From NCBI GenBank assembly GCA_018692315.1, contig JABHKC010000028.1, positions 70,630 to 134,629 of the forward strand: a stretch of 64,000 nucleotides of DNA. Direction: 5' to 3'. The stretch's first letter is position 1, and each line of letters begins with the position of its first letter. Positions 37,801 to 47,900 of this stretch are shown here, piece after piece. Position numbers and translations under genes: made by a program. Source of the stretch: Bacteroidota bacterium (GTDB lineage Bacteria; Bacteroidota; Bacteroidia; Bacteroidales; JABHKC01). Under the pieces are notes generated by a model. It had not been told where the DNA came from and ran no database searches. It was given only the letters and a program-made list of their open reading frames with translations.

Positions 37801-40532
37801 GCATTTACCGTCTGTAAGGCAGCAAGGTTTGTAAAGATAACAGAGCTTGAAACTATATTTATATCAATACTTGAACTCGACAATGTGCAAGTTGTATTTA
37901 GTGCATTGCTGTTTCCAATATTTGCTATCGGAACAATAATATCAACAGTTTCGCCCGGATCTAAAGCTCCATTGCTATTTCCGTTTGCATCTGAAACAAC
38001 AATATTCCCAATATTTAGTTCGGGTGCATTTGCTGAAATTGAAAAACTACTTGTCCATGTACTGTCCGGGTTTGTAGCAATAATTTCAAAATTGATTATA
38101 TGTTCATTAGGAACAGAATCCGATATTTGAAATGCAAAAGCATCAGTTATTCCAACAGTAGAATTTGCAGAAATTGTTCCATAAAATTCTAACGAATCTA
38201 AAATATTTATATAATTATCAGATGATGATAATGTACAATTGACAGAATTTGCCGAATCTAATCCCACATTTTTTACATCTACCTTCAATAAAATTAATTC
38301 ATCGAAATCAGCATTTCCATCAGCATTTCCAAAATTGTCGTTAATTAAATAAGATTCATAAGTAATATACGGTCCTGCCGGAGGAATAATTATAACCGAT
38401 TCAGAATATCTATAAAAATTTTGTTTGGTTACGGTAATTCTTAAATCTCCTCCCGGAATTTGTGGTGAAATAGAAATTGCAAGAGGCAAACCTGTACCTT
38501 CAGCTACAGCCAAAATTTCATCATTACGAGTTAAAGCAATTGTAGCTCCTGGATTGGCTGTAACAGTAAAAAAGGTAACACCACTATATAAAGCTAAATC
38601 GTGAGAAACAGTAAGCGACTGAGGTACTTCAGAGTAAACTGTAGTGAAAGCATCCCCATGATGATGAAACAAATGATAAGTAACTGCCTTGCTACTTGAG
38701 TTGTATGGAAATGCAGATGCCTGCAAATAATATTTTCCTGACATATTTGCAAAGCAGGGCATCAACGTGTGTTCTCCTGTATATCCATAACCAGGATCAA
38801 AATCAGGCCACATATAGTCATACATTCCCCAAACAAAGGCATCGTTTACAAAGGAATATGAATTTGCAGTGGCAGCAATTATACCTAATGCACCATACTG
38901 ATGCCTATGAAATGCTTCAGCAAAACATTCAGAGCTGGCATCGAATGCACCTGTTTGACAATTTATTGAAAATACAAAAGTTGGGTCGATATTATATAAA
39001 TTACTAAGGTCGCTGTTGTGATAGCTTGGGTCTCCCCATCCTGTTGTGCCTCCATGGTCGCGGTGTTGTGTAATGAATGCTCCATTGTTTATTGCTGCAT
39101 TAATTCCGGCAGCATCTCCGGTCCAGTCGGTTAAGTAAGATGGTAAATTTGGAATATATGACAATCCGTTTGGTCCGAAATAATTAACAACCATTCCGGT
39201 ATTCGAGTTTGTTGACCACGAAGCAGGTGCGGAACTTGTACCGGAATATTCTCTTACGGGAGTTTTCCCTAATTCATTTTCGAGAAAACCATATAAAATT
39301 TCTGTGCACATTATAAACCACCTATCAGATTGCCAACCTCCTGCAATCAACGGATTTTTATAATAACTATTTGAAATTGGGGGCTGCCTTTCGTAATCTA
39401 AAAACTTCCCTACCATAGTAGCAAGATGTGTAGAATTTTGTGCAGTAATTCTTGCGAATGCTATATCCGGCAGGTTGTCGCCATCTACATCTGCATAAAT
39501 ATTGTCGGAGGCACAATAGCTGTTATATTCCGGCGAAATAATTGTGCTTCCTGTAGTTCCATAGTCGCCAAGCAAAAGTACTGCCACCGGCGGAATTGTC
39601 CAATTATTATAGGCATTGTTTATATAATTTTCAATTAATGTTGTTGAGTTCCCACCAATTTGAGTTGTTGTAATTATTCCGGTTTTTATCCCTTGCTGAA
39701 TTCTCCAGTTTTTTATCGAATCTGCCCATGATAGAAAAGCGGCATCGTCTGGTGCAATTATCAGATATTCAAAATCTTGTGTTGTATTTGTACTATAAGA
39801 AATTTGGCTTGAAAAATCAATCGGTGGCAATGAATTATAATTCAAAATATGACTACTCAATATAGGCTCGAACCATCTGTTTCGATAACGATTGTTGCCG
39901 AATTGTCCGTTCCCTCCATGAAATGAAACTTCAACAACAATATCTCTGTAAATCAACAATCTTTTCGAAACCGGATTGTATTGAAATGGTGTAATCCCAA
40001 GCATAACAACATCCACAGCACGAATTTTTTTCTTTTCAGAAAGCTGAATATTTTTTTTAGGGTAAAAACTATTGTCCTCATAAATAGAATTATCTTTAAT
40101 ATATTCAACAGGATTGTTGTCTGTAACTAACGGAATTCGTTGAGCTGGAAGCAAATCTATATTTTCAAGGGTATCAATTCGCATCGAAATAATATTTATA
40201 CTGGCATTAGAATTTTCAGGAATCGCAATATATCTTCCATTTCCCGGAATATCAGGGGCACCTTCGTTGTTTGGCAAAAAACTTCCCGGTAACTGTAGTT
40301 TTTGCATACTGTCCCCGGCTACAATAAAATCTTCGAGAAAAAATTCATTTATCGAAAAAGAAACTATTGCACTTGCCGAGCTTTCTTGTTTTATAGAAAA
40401 TCCTTGTGTTGCCCAACTATCTTGATATTGAATTGTTTGAACCTGAGCTGCGACATTAAAAATAAATGTAAAATTTAGTAACAATACTAAAATAGCTATT
40501 ATCGTTTTGTTATTTAAGCATTTCATATTCAT
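34821..40532 (-). CDS. Giant secreted gingipain-family (peptidase C25) multidomain protein
   Basis: Signal peptide. C25 propeptide and catalytic region (HRDHGGTTGW His block, FSINCQTGAFD Cys block). CARDB-like Ig repeats, a MAM-like jelly-roll and a GEVED-like block (YGETHDYTVEI). Ig modules with CMGDSAVLSA...GGNPPYYYSW. Then 2 x 123-aa and 2 x 84-aa unassigned repeats. Confidence 0.8.
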   Translation of the reverse strand: MNMKCLNNKTIIAILVLLLNFTFIFNVAAQVQTIQYQDSWATQGFSIKQESSASAIVSFSINEFFLEDFIVAGDSMQKLQLPGSFLPNNEGAPDIPGNGRYIAIPENSNASINIISMRIDTLENIDLLPAQRIPLVTDNNPVEYIKDNSIYEDNSFYPKKNIQLSEKKKIRAVDVVMLGITPFQYNPVSKRLLIYRDIVVEVSFHGGNGQFGNNRYRNRWFEPILSSHILNYNSLPPIDFSSQISYSTNTTQDFEYLIIAPDDAAFLSWADSIKNWRIQQGIKTGIITTTQIGGNSTTLIENYINNAYNNWTIPPVAVLLLGDYGTTGSTIISPEYNSYCASDNIYADVDGDNLPDIAFARITAQNSTHLATMVGKFLDYERQPPISNSYYKNPLIAGGWQSDRWFIMCTEILYGFLENELGKTPVREYSGTSSAPASWSTNSNTGMVVNYFGPNGLSYIPNLPSYLTDWTGDAAGINAAINNGAFITQHRDHGGTTGWGDPSYHNSDLSNLYNIDPTFVFSINCQTGAFDASSECFAEAFHRHQYGALGIIAATANSYSFVNDAFVWGMYDYMWPDFDPGYGYTGEHTLMPCFANMSGKYYLQASAFPYNSSSKAVTYHLFHHHGDAFTTVYSEVPQSLTVSHDLALYSGVTFFTVTANPGATIALTRNDEILAVAEGTGLPLAISISPQIPGGDLRITVTKQNFYRYSESVIIIPPAGPYITYESYLINDNFGNADGNADFDELILLKVDVKNVGLDSANSVNCTLSSSDNYINILDSLEFYGTISANSTVGITDAFAFQISDSVPNEHIINFEIIATNPDSTWTSSFSISANAPELNIGNIVVSDANGNSNGALDPGETVDIIVPIANIGNSNALNTTCTLSSSSIDINIVSSSVIFTNLAALQTVNAVFSVSVNQNAIIPTIVNFQANVNSGNYSHQKDFAKSIGLIFENWETSNLNQFFWQTGGDLPWFITLNQSYDGLYSIQSGDISDSQSSEFELSVYVLTSDSISFFRKVSSETSYDYLEFYIDNIMLDHWAGELSWENVSFPISSGYHTLKWVYDKDGSVSTGSDCAYVDYIVFPPIVVPDIDIGVTAVNSPISYISLGSNEIVEVEIKNFGSNPVSNFDINYLVNNSTVVTELVDTVILSGNTLTYTFNTTADLSAIGQYDFKVFTNLPTDTFHFNDTIFYSVENIPLTYCQPTANCSYGDGIEDFELDSINHSTGCSTNGYGDYTNLSTSLITGQTYTINVTTGYANQYLSLWVDFNNNYLFEASELLITDFYLSLSNTNYSTSLTVPMLVTSGSHRMRVRVNYAASSADPCATFTYGETHDYTVEIVSSVNPLLVNAGIDKDICMGDSAVLSASVFGGNPPYYYSWSNNDTLPSTIVMPNTSTTYYVTVTDSLGNTEIDDIMITVNPLPTVFIGADTSLVLGQTLTLNAGLGFSSYIWNTGHQSQNISANATGNYSVTITDINGCLNFDDINITFSPAISPAWTYEVTGENHTILIPQNTSIIINNSPIAVGDYIGVFYDSLGTLLCGGYTQWLGTTTSIAAWGEDVGNDGFENGEIFNWRIWDASEAMEYGASAIYNTSMFPNSEAYVPNGMSGIDSLKVLLPDWTYSVTGTNHTILIPDNTNINISGVSISPGSFLGVFYDSIGTLVCGGYTIWEGSTTSLAAWGEDVGNDGFAIGEEFNWKVWEVSNGQEYDATATYNTVIFPNNSMFMVNGMSGIAELVSLNFQNQQIQLSQGWNIFSTYIQSSYQIADSIFSSIASDVIIVKNGLGLVYWPLYNINNIGELIIGDGYQIKMSNSNILTISGSMIFPESFPINLLQGWNLVAYLRLQAAPIESMLNSISSNIIIVKNETGLVYWPAWGVNNIGNMEPGEGYQIKLSSNSILLYPANN

Positions 40533-40637
40533 ATCATTAATATATTAAATTTAACTCTACGAATATAGGGTTTTTATGTTTGTTAATTTGATTTTGGTTT
40601 TAAAAAATAAAAAGTCTGATTTATTAGAGGTTGGACC

Positions 40638-40669
40638 AGTTGTGAAAAATATTAATTTAGATAATTTTG
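40638..40669 (+). promoter_or_regulatory. Candidate Bacteroidota-type promoter for the M16 peptidase gene
   Basis: Exact TAnnTTTG (-7) match TAATTTTG at 40662-40669, 28 nt upstream of the ATG. The -33 element is weak (GTTG). Confidence 0.3.
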
Positions 40670-40697
40670 CATTTTTAAATAAATAATAAATATTGTT

Positions 40698-43601
40698 ATG
40701 AAAAAAATTATCGGTTTATTCTGTTTTAAACTCATTATAATCTCATCATTAGTTTTATCGCAAAATTTTGTGTCTGCACAAAATAGGGATGTAAAAACCA
40801 ATGTTATTCAATACGTTATGCCAAATGGCCTCACGATAATATTAAATGAAGACCACACCAAATCAGAGATATTTGGGCTTGTTGTAACAAAAGCCGGTGG
40901 GAAAGACGATCCTGCCGATGCTACAGGAATGGCTCATTATATGGAACATATGTTGTTTAAAGGCACCGAACAACTCGGAACTACAAACTGGGAAGAGGAA
41001 AAACCATATATCGAAAATATTTTCGCATTGTACGACCGTCTTGGAGAAACGAAAGATGATGAAGTTCGTGCAGCCATTCAGAAACAAATAAACGAAGAGT
41101 CTGTCAAAGCCAACGAATTTGCAATTCCAAACGAATTGTCAGGCATAATTAAAGGAATTGGCGGAACCGGAATGAATGCAAATACAAGTCCCGACCGAAC
41201 TGTTTTTTTCAATACTTTCCCATCAAATCAATTAGAAAAATGGTTAGAGATTTATAACCATAGATTTGAGAATGCCGTTTTTAGGTCTTTTCAGGCAGAG
41301 CTCGAAGTTGTGTATGAAGAAAAAAATCTATACTCCGATATGTTTCAAACTCGATTGTTAGAGAAGTTTCAGTTACATTTTTTCAAAAATCATCCCTATG
41401 GACAGCAAACCCTTATTGGGACTATTGATGATTTAAAAAATCCATCGCTAACAAAAATGTATGATTTTTATAAAACATACTATGTAGCAAATAATATGGC
41501 TTTAGTTCTTTCAGGAGATTTTAATCCGGCTGAAGCCCGAAAACTGATTGAAAGAAAATTTGGCAAATGGCAAAGCGGAAATATTCCGGAACGAATTGTT
41601 TATCACGAAGAACCTTTCAAAGGGCGTGAGTTTGTTCAAATGAAATTGAGCCCGATAAAAATAGGAATGCTTGGCTTCAGAACTGTTCCGGCCGGGCATC
41701 AAGACGAAATTGCACTACAAGTTTGTAATCAGATTTTATCTAATCCGAATCAAACCGGATTGTTAGACAAACTGTCGTTAGATAATAAACTTTTGGCAGC
41801 AATGACAATCCCTATTCCTTACTACGATCATGGGGCTACTGTGATTTTTATAGTGCCAAAAATTGTTGGACAAAAGCTTGAAAATGCAGAAGACTTAGTT
41901 ATGAACGAAATAAAAAAGCTAAGAAATGGAGAATTTGATGACTGGATTATTCCTGCCGTGAAACAAAGCTTATATGTTGAACATTCGCTTTCTATGGAAG
42001 ACAACGATAGTAGAGCTATACAATTTGCCGAAAGTTTTGCTCAAGGCAGAAAAGTTGAAACGGTTCTGGAATTTACAAAACGTCTTGACAGAATTGCAAG
42101 GGAAGATATTATAGAAGTTGCTCAGAAATATTATGGCGACAACTATCTTGCTTTTTATTCAAAAATGGGTTTTCCAAAAAAGGAAAAAATTGAAAAACCG
42201 GATTATCAGGCTATTCCTTCAAAAAATGAAGTAAAATCTAATTTTGCCCAAAAACTTGAATTAATTCCTACAAAAACCCCAAAACAATCTTATTTCTATT
42301 TCGAGGAAGATGTTCAGCATAAAGAGATATCAAATGGTGTGAATTTATTTTACACAAAAAATCCTGTGAATGATATTTTTTCAGCGACAATTAAATATGG
42401 TATTGGAAATGAGAAACTTCCTATGTTGAAGTATGCTTCGGAAATTATGAATTATGCCGGAACAAAAAAACATTCGGTATCGGAACTGAAAAATGAATTT
42501 GCCAAAATCGGTTGCAACTACTACATATCAAGCGACGATAGTTACTTGACAATCAGCGTAGAAGGATTAGAGAAGAACTTTAAATCAGCCATAATTTTAA
42601 TCAATGATTTGATAAACAGCCCTGTTCTCGAAGAAGATAAGCTAAAAATATTGTACGATGGCGAAAAAACAAATAGAAAAATGGAACGCTCCGAACCTGA
42701 TAATGTAGCCGATGCACTTTTCGAATTTGTTCGTTTCAAATCTAAATCCCAATATCTTGACAGACTTTCGTTGAAAGAAATAAAAAATCTTGACACAAAA
42801 ACTTTAAAAAAAGCTTTTAAAAACGCAACGAATTTCGAATCAAAAATTCATATAGTTGCTCAAGAAGATGTAAATTTAGTGCATCAGATTGTTCAAAACT
42901 CATTTGCCCCTAACAAAAATATTGCGATTAGCGAATCTCCAATTGTTAGGGATTCGGAAGTTCATAAAGAGAACACAATCTATTTTGTAAACAAAAAGAG
43001 TGCAACACAAAGCAAAGTCTATTTTTTCGGTAATGGCAAGGTTTTTCAGAAAGAAAAAGAAGCAGATATTGATGCTTTCAATTTGTATTTTGGAGGAGGA
43101 TTTTCAGGAATTGTTTTACAGGAAATTCGAGAATATCGTTCGTTGGCTTACAGTGCCGGCTCGCGTTACACTATCCCTGTTTTGGAAGGTAAGCCATCAA
43201 ATTTTATTGGATATGTTGGCACACAAGCCGATAAAACAAACGAAGCAATTGATGTTTTTTACGAACTAATTAAAAATATGCCAGAAAAGCCGGAAAGAAT
43301 TGAAATGGTTAAACCATATTTAATTCAGAAACTTTCGACTGACCAACCTGGCTTTAGAGACCTTAGTCAAAAAATAGAAAGCTGGAAACTCAAAGGTTAT
43401 ACCGAAGATCCCGCAAAATTGAAATCGAAAATGTATGAACAATTAGAATTTGAATCAATAATTCAATTCTATATCGAGAACATTCAAAACATTCCTATTG
43501 TAATAGCAATTGTTGGAAACGAAAAGCAAATTGATTTAAAAAGAATTGAAGCTTACGGGAAAATTGTTAAAATTAAAGAGAAGGACTTGTTTTTAAAATA
43601 G
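40698..43601 (+). CDS. M16-family (pitrilysin/insulinase-like) zinc peptidase, double-length
   Basis: Signal peptide and inverted zinc motif HYMEHMLFKGT (HxxEH). The 967-aa length fits two M16 active/inactive domain pairs. Confidence 0.9.
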   Translation: MKKIIGLFCFKLIIISSLVLSQNFVSAQNRDVKTNVIQYVMPNGLTIILNEDHTKSEIFGLVVTKAGGKDDPADATGMAHYMEHMLFKGTEQLGTTNWEEEKPYIENIFALYDRLGETKDDEVRAAIQKQINEESVKANEFAIPNELSGIIKGIGGTGMNANTSPDRTVFFNTFPSNQLEKWLEIYNHRFENAVFRSFQAELEVVYEEKNLYSDMFQTRLLEKFQLHFFKNHPYGQQTLIGTIDDLKNPSLTKMYDFYKTYYVANNMALVLSGDFNPAEARKLIERKFGKWQSGNIPERIVYHEEPFKGREFVQMKLSPIKIGMLGFRTVPAGHQDEIALQVCNQILSNPNQTGLLDKLSLDNKLLAAMTIPIPYYDHGATVIFIVPKIVGQKLENAEDLVMNEIKKLRNGEFDDWIIPAVKQSLYVEHSLSMEDNDSRAIQFAESFAQGRKVETVLEFTKRLDRIAREDIIEVAQKYYGDNYLAFYSKMGFPKKEKIEKPDYQAIPSKNEVKSNFAQKLELIPTKTPKQSYFYFEEDVQHKEISNGVNLFYTKNPVNDIFSATIKYGIGNEKLPMLKYASEIMNYAGTKKHSVSELKNEFAKIGCNYYISSDDSYLTISVEGLEKNFKSAIILINDLINSPVLEEDKLKILYDGEKTNRKMERSEPDNVADALFEFVRFKSKSQYLDRLSLKEIKNLDTKTLKKAFKNATNFESKIHIVAQEDVNLVHQIVQNSFAPNKNIAISESPIVRDSEVHKENTIYFVNKKSATQSKVYFFGNGKVFQKEKEADIDAFNLYFGGGFSGIVLQEIREYRSLAYSAGSRYTIPVLEGKPSNFIGYVGTQADKTNEAIDVFYELIKNMPEKPERIEMVKPYLIQKLSTDQPGFRDLSQKIESWKLKGYTEDPAKLKSKMYEQLEFESIIQFYIENIQNIPIVIAIVGNEKQIDLKRIEAYGKIVKIKEKDLFLK

Positions 43602-43815
43602 GAATTTCCTTTATTCCAAATTATGTATTTTGCTTTGAAAAATGCCTAAGTTGGGTTGTGTCTTTCATTCATTTACAAAACCATTGGATTCAACTTTTTT
43701 ATTAGAACCAATCAGGCTATTTTGTTAAATATGTTTATTGTTGACTAATTGTATTTAGATTTGCAAATGAAATAGAATCAATCCAAACTTGTCAATCGTT
43801 TATCTCTGTTCCTTT

Positions 43816-44871
43816 CTAACTATTCTTTTTTATTAATAATTTATTAAATTCTTGGGCAAAGTATTTTGAAAATATCTCAGCTCCCTCCGGATTTAGATGA
43901 CTTGCATCAAACATATATTTAGCATTATAGAATTCAGGGTATAAATTGGGATTTGCAAGATCAATTCTGTGTACCTCATCAATGAGATTGTATAGTGGAA
44001 TAAGTTCCCTATATTGACTTAATTGCATACGGGGTTGTAGAAAAAAAACTAAATGAATGCCTTTTTCTTTAGATTCTTCTATTAGCGAATTAACTTTATC
44101 TAAATAAGCATAATTCAACAGATTTGAATTTATATTTCCATTATAAAGTTTCTGAATTTTCTTCTCTTTTCGGTCAACTGAGTTAGTATCCCTCAAAAAT
44201 AATTCCCTTCTTCTTATCATGCCTGGTGCATCTTCATAAAGACCAACAAACCCATCGTAATTTTCTCCAAGGATACCTTCTAAGTCTTCATCAGATAAAT
44301 TCCATTTCGTTCTTTTTATGTTGTCAAGCGCTGTGACTAATCCAATATTAAATATGTTCTCAGCAAATGAAATAGTATGGTTTTTAATTGCAAGCATTTT
44401 GAGAGTGTCAGGAAGTAATGAATTATTAATTACATTTAGTGTAAAAATATATGATATGGGCGAATACCAATATCTTTTCCGGGTGGTATGCAAGTGTTCA
44501 GTATGACAAGGGTCAATTTTGGCTAAATCAATAAAGGCATATTCAATATCCAGACCATCAAGTTTAAGAATGTTATCATAAATATGAAAAGTTTCAGGTG
44601 GCATTGTACTTTGACTGCCCAAATTAAATGATCGAATGTCTGCATCTGTAACAATTCGGTCGAAAGTAGTTGGAATTAATTGTTTATATGTTGTACTTGC
44701 TCCAATGAAAATAGCATTGTATTTATGTATGTCCTCTTCAAGCTGATCTTTCTTAATACTGATGGTAGCATTTCCCCAGGTTTGATCAGGTAGTAGAATA
44801 TGTCTGATAAAATAATTTGTACATAATGTCAGGAACATTATTAAAATAATTTGTAAAATAATCCTAATCAT
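43816..44871 (-). CDS. Membrane-anchored DltD/AlgJ-like SGNH-fold protein (putative O-acyltransferase), paralogue A
   Basis: N-terminal TM anchor. Ser block FIGASTTY and C-terminal Asp-x-x-His block FDASHLN. Paralogous to ORF 44907-46001. Lies downstream of an MBOAT. Confidence 0.55.
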   Translation of the reverse strand: MIRIILQIILIMFLTLCTNYFIRHILLPDQTWGNATISIKKDQLEEDIHKYNAIFIGASTTYKQLIPTTFDRIVTDADIRSFNLGSQSTMPPETFHIYDNILKLDGLDIEYAFIDLAKIDPCHTEHLHTTRKRYWYSPISYIFTLNVINNSLLPDTLKMLAIKNHTISFAENIFNIGLVTALDNIKRTKWNLSDEDLEGILGENYDGFVGLYEDAPGMIRRRELFLRDTNSVDRKEKKIQKLYNGNINSNLLNYAYLDKVNSLIEESKEKGIHLVFFLQPRMQLSQYRELIPLYNLIDEVHRIDLANPNLYPEFYNAKYMFDASHLNPEGAEIFSKYFAQEFNKLLIKKNS

Positions 44872-44906
44872 AAAATTATATATTAGTTTTTAACAAAGTT
44901 TTTTTC

Positions 44907-46001
44907 TCAATATTTTTTATTTCTCACGATTTCATTAAACTTTTTAGCAGCAAGTTTTGTAATTATTCTGGCCCCGTCAATATTTAGGTGATTGTTATCG
45001 TATGCATATTCTAATGAATATAATTCTGGATAAAATCTACAATCAGCCAATTCAATTTTATGTTCATCATCAATTTGCTGCATTAGTGGAATATATTCTT
45101 CATATTGTTTGACTGCTATCTTAGGATTAAGGAAGAATATTAAATGTATTCCTTTCTCTTCTGAGAGTTCAATAAGTCTGTTTATTTCATATAAATGAAC
45201 TAAGTTGCAATCAAAGCTTTTTCTATCGTACTTATTATACTTCATTTCCATTTGGTTGAGTTTTTTCTGCAATCTAGCCGGATCTCTTTTGTAATATTCA
45301 TTTTTACCTTTTTTTAAATCTTCCACATAATATCCTTTAAATCCGTCATCAAACTCACCAATAATACTTTTTACTTTCCTTTCATTCAATTCATATTCTT
45401 TTTGCAAAGCACGTACGTAGGATTTAATCAAGCCAAAATTGAAAACATTTTCAGCAAAAGATATAGTATGATTTTTAATTTTGTGACTTTTTTCATCTGA
45501 TGATTCAAATGATTTGGATGACATTAATGATTTTATTGCAAACAAGTATGCACTTGGAGTGTACCAATAGCTTGCTCTTGCTGTATGCAAATTTTCATCA
45601 AGAATTTTAAAAATATCTCTTAATTCAATAATTACATAATCAATATTAAGGTCTTCCTCATTAATAAGATATTCATAATAGATGTAGGTTTCAGGAGGTG
45701 CAAAACGACCAGTGCCTAAATTAAACGACCTAACCTCAAGATCAGGATCAATTTCTTCATCGAACACACTTGGCATTAAATGTCTATAGATTGTACTTGA
45801 TCCAATGAAATAGGTGTTGAATTCATCACCCTTTTCTTTTATATACTTAGTTTTGATATGCACATTAAAGTTTCCCCAAGTCTTTGAGACAAATGATTTC
45901 CTAATCAATTGGTTAATAATCAAAACAGCAGTTATGATAATTGCCATTTGACTTATCAATTTTATTATTCCGAATGTATTCTTAAATTTCGGCGTTTTCA
46001 T
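44907..46001 (-). CDS. Membrane-anchored DltD/AlgJ-like SGNH-fold protein, paralogue B
   Basis: N-terminal TM anchor, FIGSSTIY and YDNNHLN blocks. Shares KNHTISFAEN and EKGIHL.FFL.P with paralogue A. Confidence 0.55.
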   Translation of the reverse strand: MKTPKFKNTFGIIKLISQMAIIITAVLIINQLIRKSFVSKTWGNFNVHIKTKYIKEKGDEFNTYFIGSSTIYRHLMPSVFDEEIDPDLEVRSFNLGTGRFAPPETYIYYEYLINEEDLNIDYVIIELRDIFKILDENLHTARASYWYTPSAYLFAIKSLMSSKSFESSDEKSHKIKNHTISFAENVFNFGLIKSYVRALQKEYELNERKVKSIIGEFDDGFKGYYVEDLKKGKNEYYKRDPARLQKKLNQMEMKYNKYDRKSFDCNLVHLYEINRLIELSEEKGIHLIFFLNPKIAVKQYEEYIPLMQQIDDEHKIELADCRFYPELYSLEYAYDNNHLNIDGARIITKLAAKKFNEIVRNKKY

Positions 46002-46239
46002 TTTTGTTCATTAGAGATTTTTATAGTTCCTGCGATGTCTCAAGTTTGCAATTGTTGAAATTTTAGTTTAATCTATGAACTTATCTATTCGATTAAATAT
46101 ATCAGTATTCAACGTAAAATTCCATTTATAAATATTACTTTTATTCTTCATTGCTAATTTCCTTTGATTAGTACCGAAATATTTCACTATATACTATATT
46201 TAATTCTTGAATTATTATACTTCTTATTTTGTTCAACAT

Positions 46240-47682
46240 TTAAAACTGAAAATAAATAAACTCTTTTTCTCCAAATTCACCGAGATTAAATATTGCAACC
46301 AAAAGTAGAACATATACTGCCCATCTGATAACAATTGGTTTTTGAGCTACAACTTTAATTATGTTATAATTTGCCTGCATATGTTCAATAATGAACAAGA
46401 AAGCAACCAGAATGAAACTCATCTGCAAATTATAATCACTTAGGAAATCTTGCCAAAATGCACTAAAACTTAGTCCCCGTACCGCATTCCCCATTAAAAT
46501 AAATGAATCGTTAAGGTTGGCTGCACCAAAGAATAATGTAGCAAAGCTTACTAGTAATAAGGTTGTGATAATTCCTAATACTTTTTGCAATCCTGGAATT
46601 TTCGAAAGCCCTATCCGTTTAAATAATTTATGTCTGCTTTTATCAGTCATAATTTCAATTAGCTGGAATAGTCCGTGCAATACTCCCCATATTACAAATG
46701 TCCAGTTGGCTCCATGCCAAAGACCACTGATTACAAAAACGATGAAAATATTATAATACCATCGCCATTTCACAACCCTGCTTCCACCTAATGGAATATA
46801 CAAATAATCTCTGAACCATGTTGTTAAAGAGATATGCCATCGTTTCCAGAAATCGTAAAATGAGCGTGAAAAAAGAGGAAAGTTAAAGTTTTTCATCAGG
46901 TCGTAGCCCAAAACACGTGCAGCTCCTCTGGCAATATCGGTATAACCTGATAAGTCATTATAAACTTGTATATATAGCAAAATTGAAGCTACAATAATAT
47001 GCCAACCTTCAAAACTGTCTGGATTCATAAATACTTTACCAACATATAGGGAAAGAGTATCAGCAATAACAACTTTTTTGAAAAATCCCCAAACCATTAG
47101 CTTTACTCCACTAACAACCCGATTTCTTTCAAACTTTACTTTTTTGTAGAATTGAGGTAACAATCTTGTGGAACGTTCTATTGGTCCTGCAACTAACTGC
47201 GGAAAGAATGCTACATATAATCCAAAGCGCACCGGATTCCTTTCAACCTGACCGCTACCATTATATATATCAATAGAATAGCTAAGGGTTTGAAAAGTAT
47301 AGAAGGAAATCCCTACCGGCAGTAAAGCATCGAACTCGCCAATTCCATAGAACAAATCGAAACTTTCAAATACTGCCCGAGTGGCATCGTTGAATAAATT
47401 GAAATACTTAAATCCAAAAAGTATTCCAAGGTTAACAATTAAACTTAGGTATAAATATTTCCTTCTTTTTTTCTTCTCAGGAATTTTACCCATTTGCAAG
47501 CCTGCCCAATAGTCAATTATTGTTGAAACAAGTATTAGAATTATATATTCTGCCTTCCAGCACATATAGAAATAGTAACTTGCAGCCAGCAACAATATCA
47601 TTCTCAGCTTGTGAGGCAAGGCATAAAATAGTATAAATACTATTGGAAAGAACATCAGGAAATCGAGCGAATTAAATAGCAT
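46240..47682 (-). CDS. MBOAT-family membrane O-acyltransferase (DltB/AlgI-like), copy 1
   Basis: 480 aa, polytopic, with RWHISLTTWFRDYLYIPLGGSR and GLWHGANW His motifs. C-terminus is EFIYFQF. Confidence 0.9.
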   Translation of the reverse strand: MLFNSLDFLMFFPIVFILFYALPHKLRMILLLAASYYFYMCWKAEYIILILVSTIIDYWAGLQMGKIPEKKKRRKYLYLSLIVNLGILFGFKYFNLFNDATRAVFESFDLFYGIGEFDALLPVGISFYTFQTLSYSIDIYNGSGQVERNPVRFGLYVAFFPQLVAGPIERSTRLLPQFYKKVKFERNRVVSGVKLMVWGFFKKVVIADTLSLYVGKVFMNPDSFEGWHIIVASILLYIQVYNDLSGYTDIARGAARVLGYDLMKNFNFPLFSRSFYDFWKRWHISLTTWFRDYLYIPLGGSRVVKWRWYYNIFIVFVISGLWHGANWTFVIWGVLHGLFQLIEIMTDKSRHKLFKRIGLSKIPGLQKVLGIITTLLLVSFATLFFGAANLNDSFILMGNAVRGLSFSAFWQDFLSDYNLQMSFILVAFLFIIEHMQANYNIIKVVAQKPIVIRWAVYVLLLVAIFNLGEFGEKEFIYFQF

Positions 47683-47900
47683 TATTAATTTTCTTTATTT
47701 TTAATTATTCAGCTTTAGATGTTTTATTATTTTTAATTTTTATCTACTATCAAAGTTAAATCAAATATTTACAAATTATTATCGCAAACTTATTCTTTAT
47801 TATTTTCATTATTTCAGTAAATTTGGTGCTAAATTTATAATTTTCTTTAATATCAAAAAATAAATTATTAGCTAATTATAGATTTTATCAGTTTTCAAAC

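Noticed and set aside
47751-47788. Possible additional TAnnTTTG promoter (TAACTTTG on the minus strand at 47758-47751) upstream of MBOAT-1
   Set aside because: The -7 octamer matches, but no TTTG lies at the expected 19-21-nt spacing (candidates are at 3, 13 and 26 nt). The support is too weak to call.
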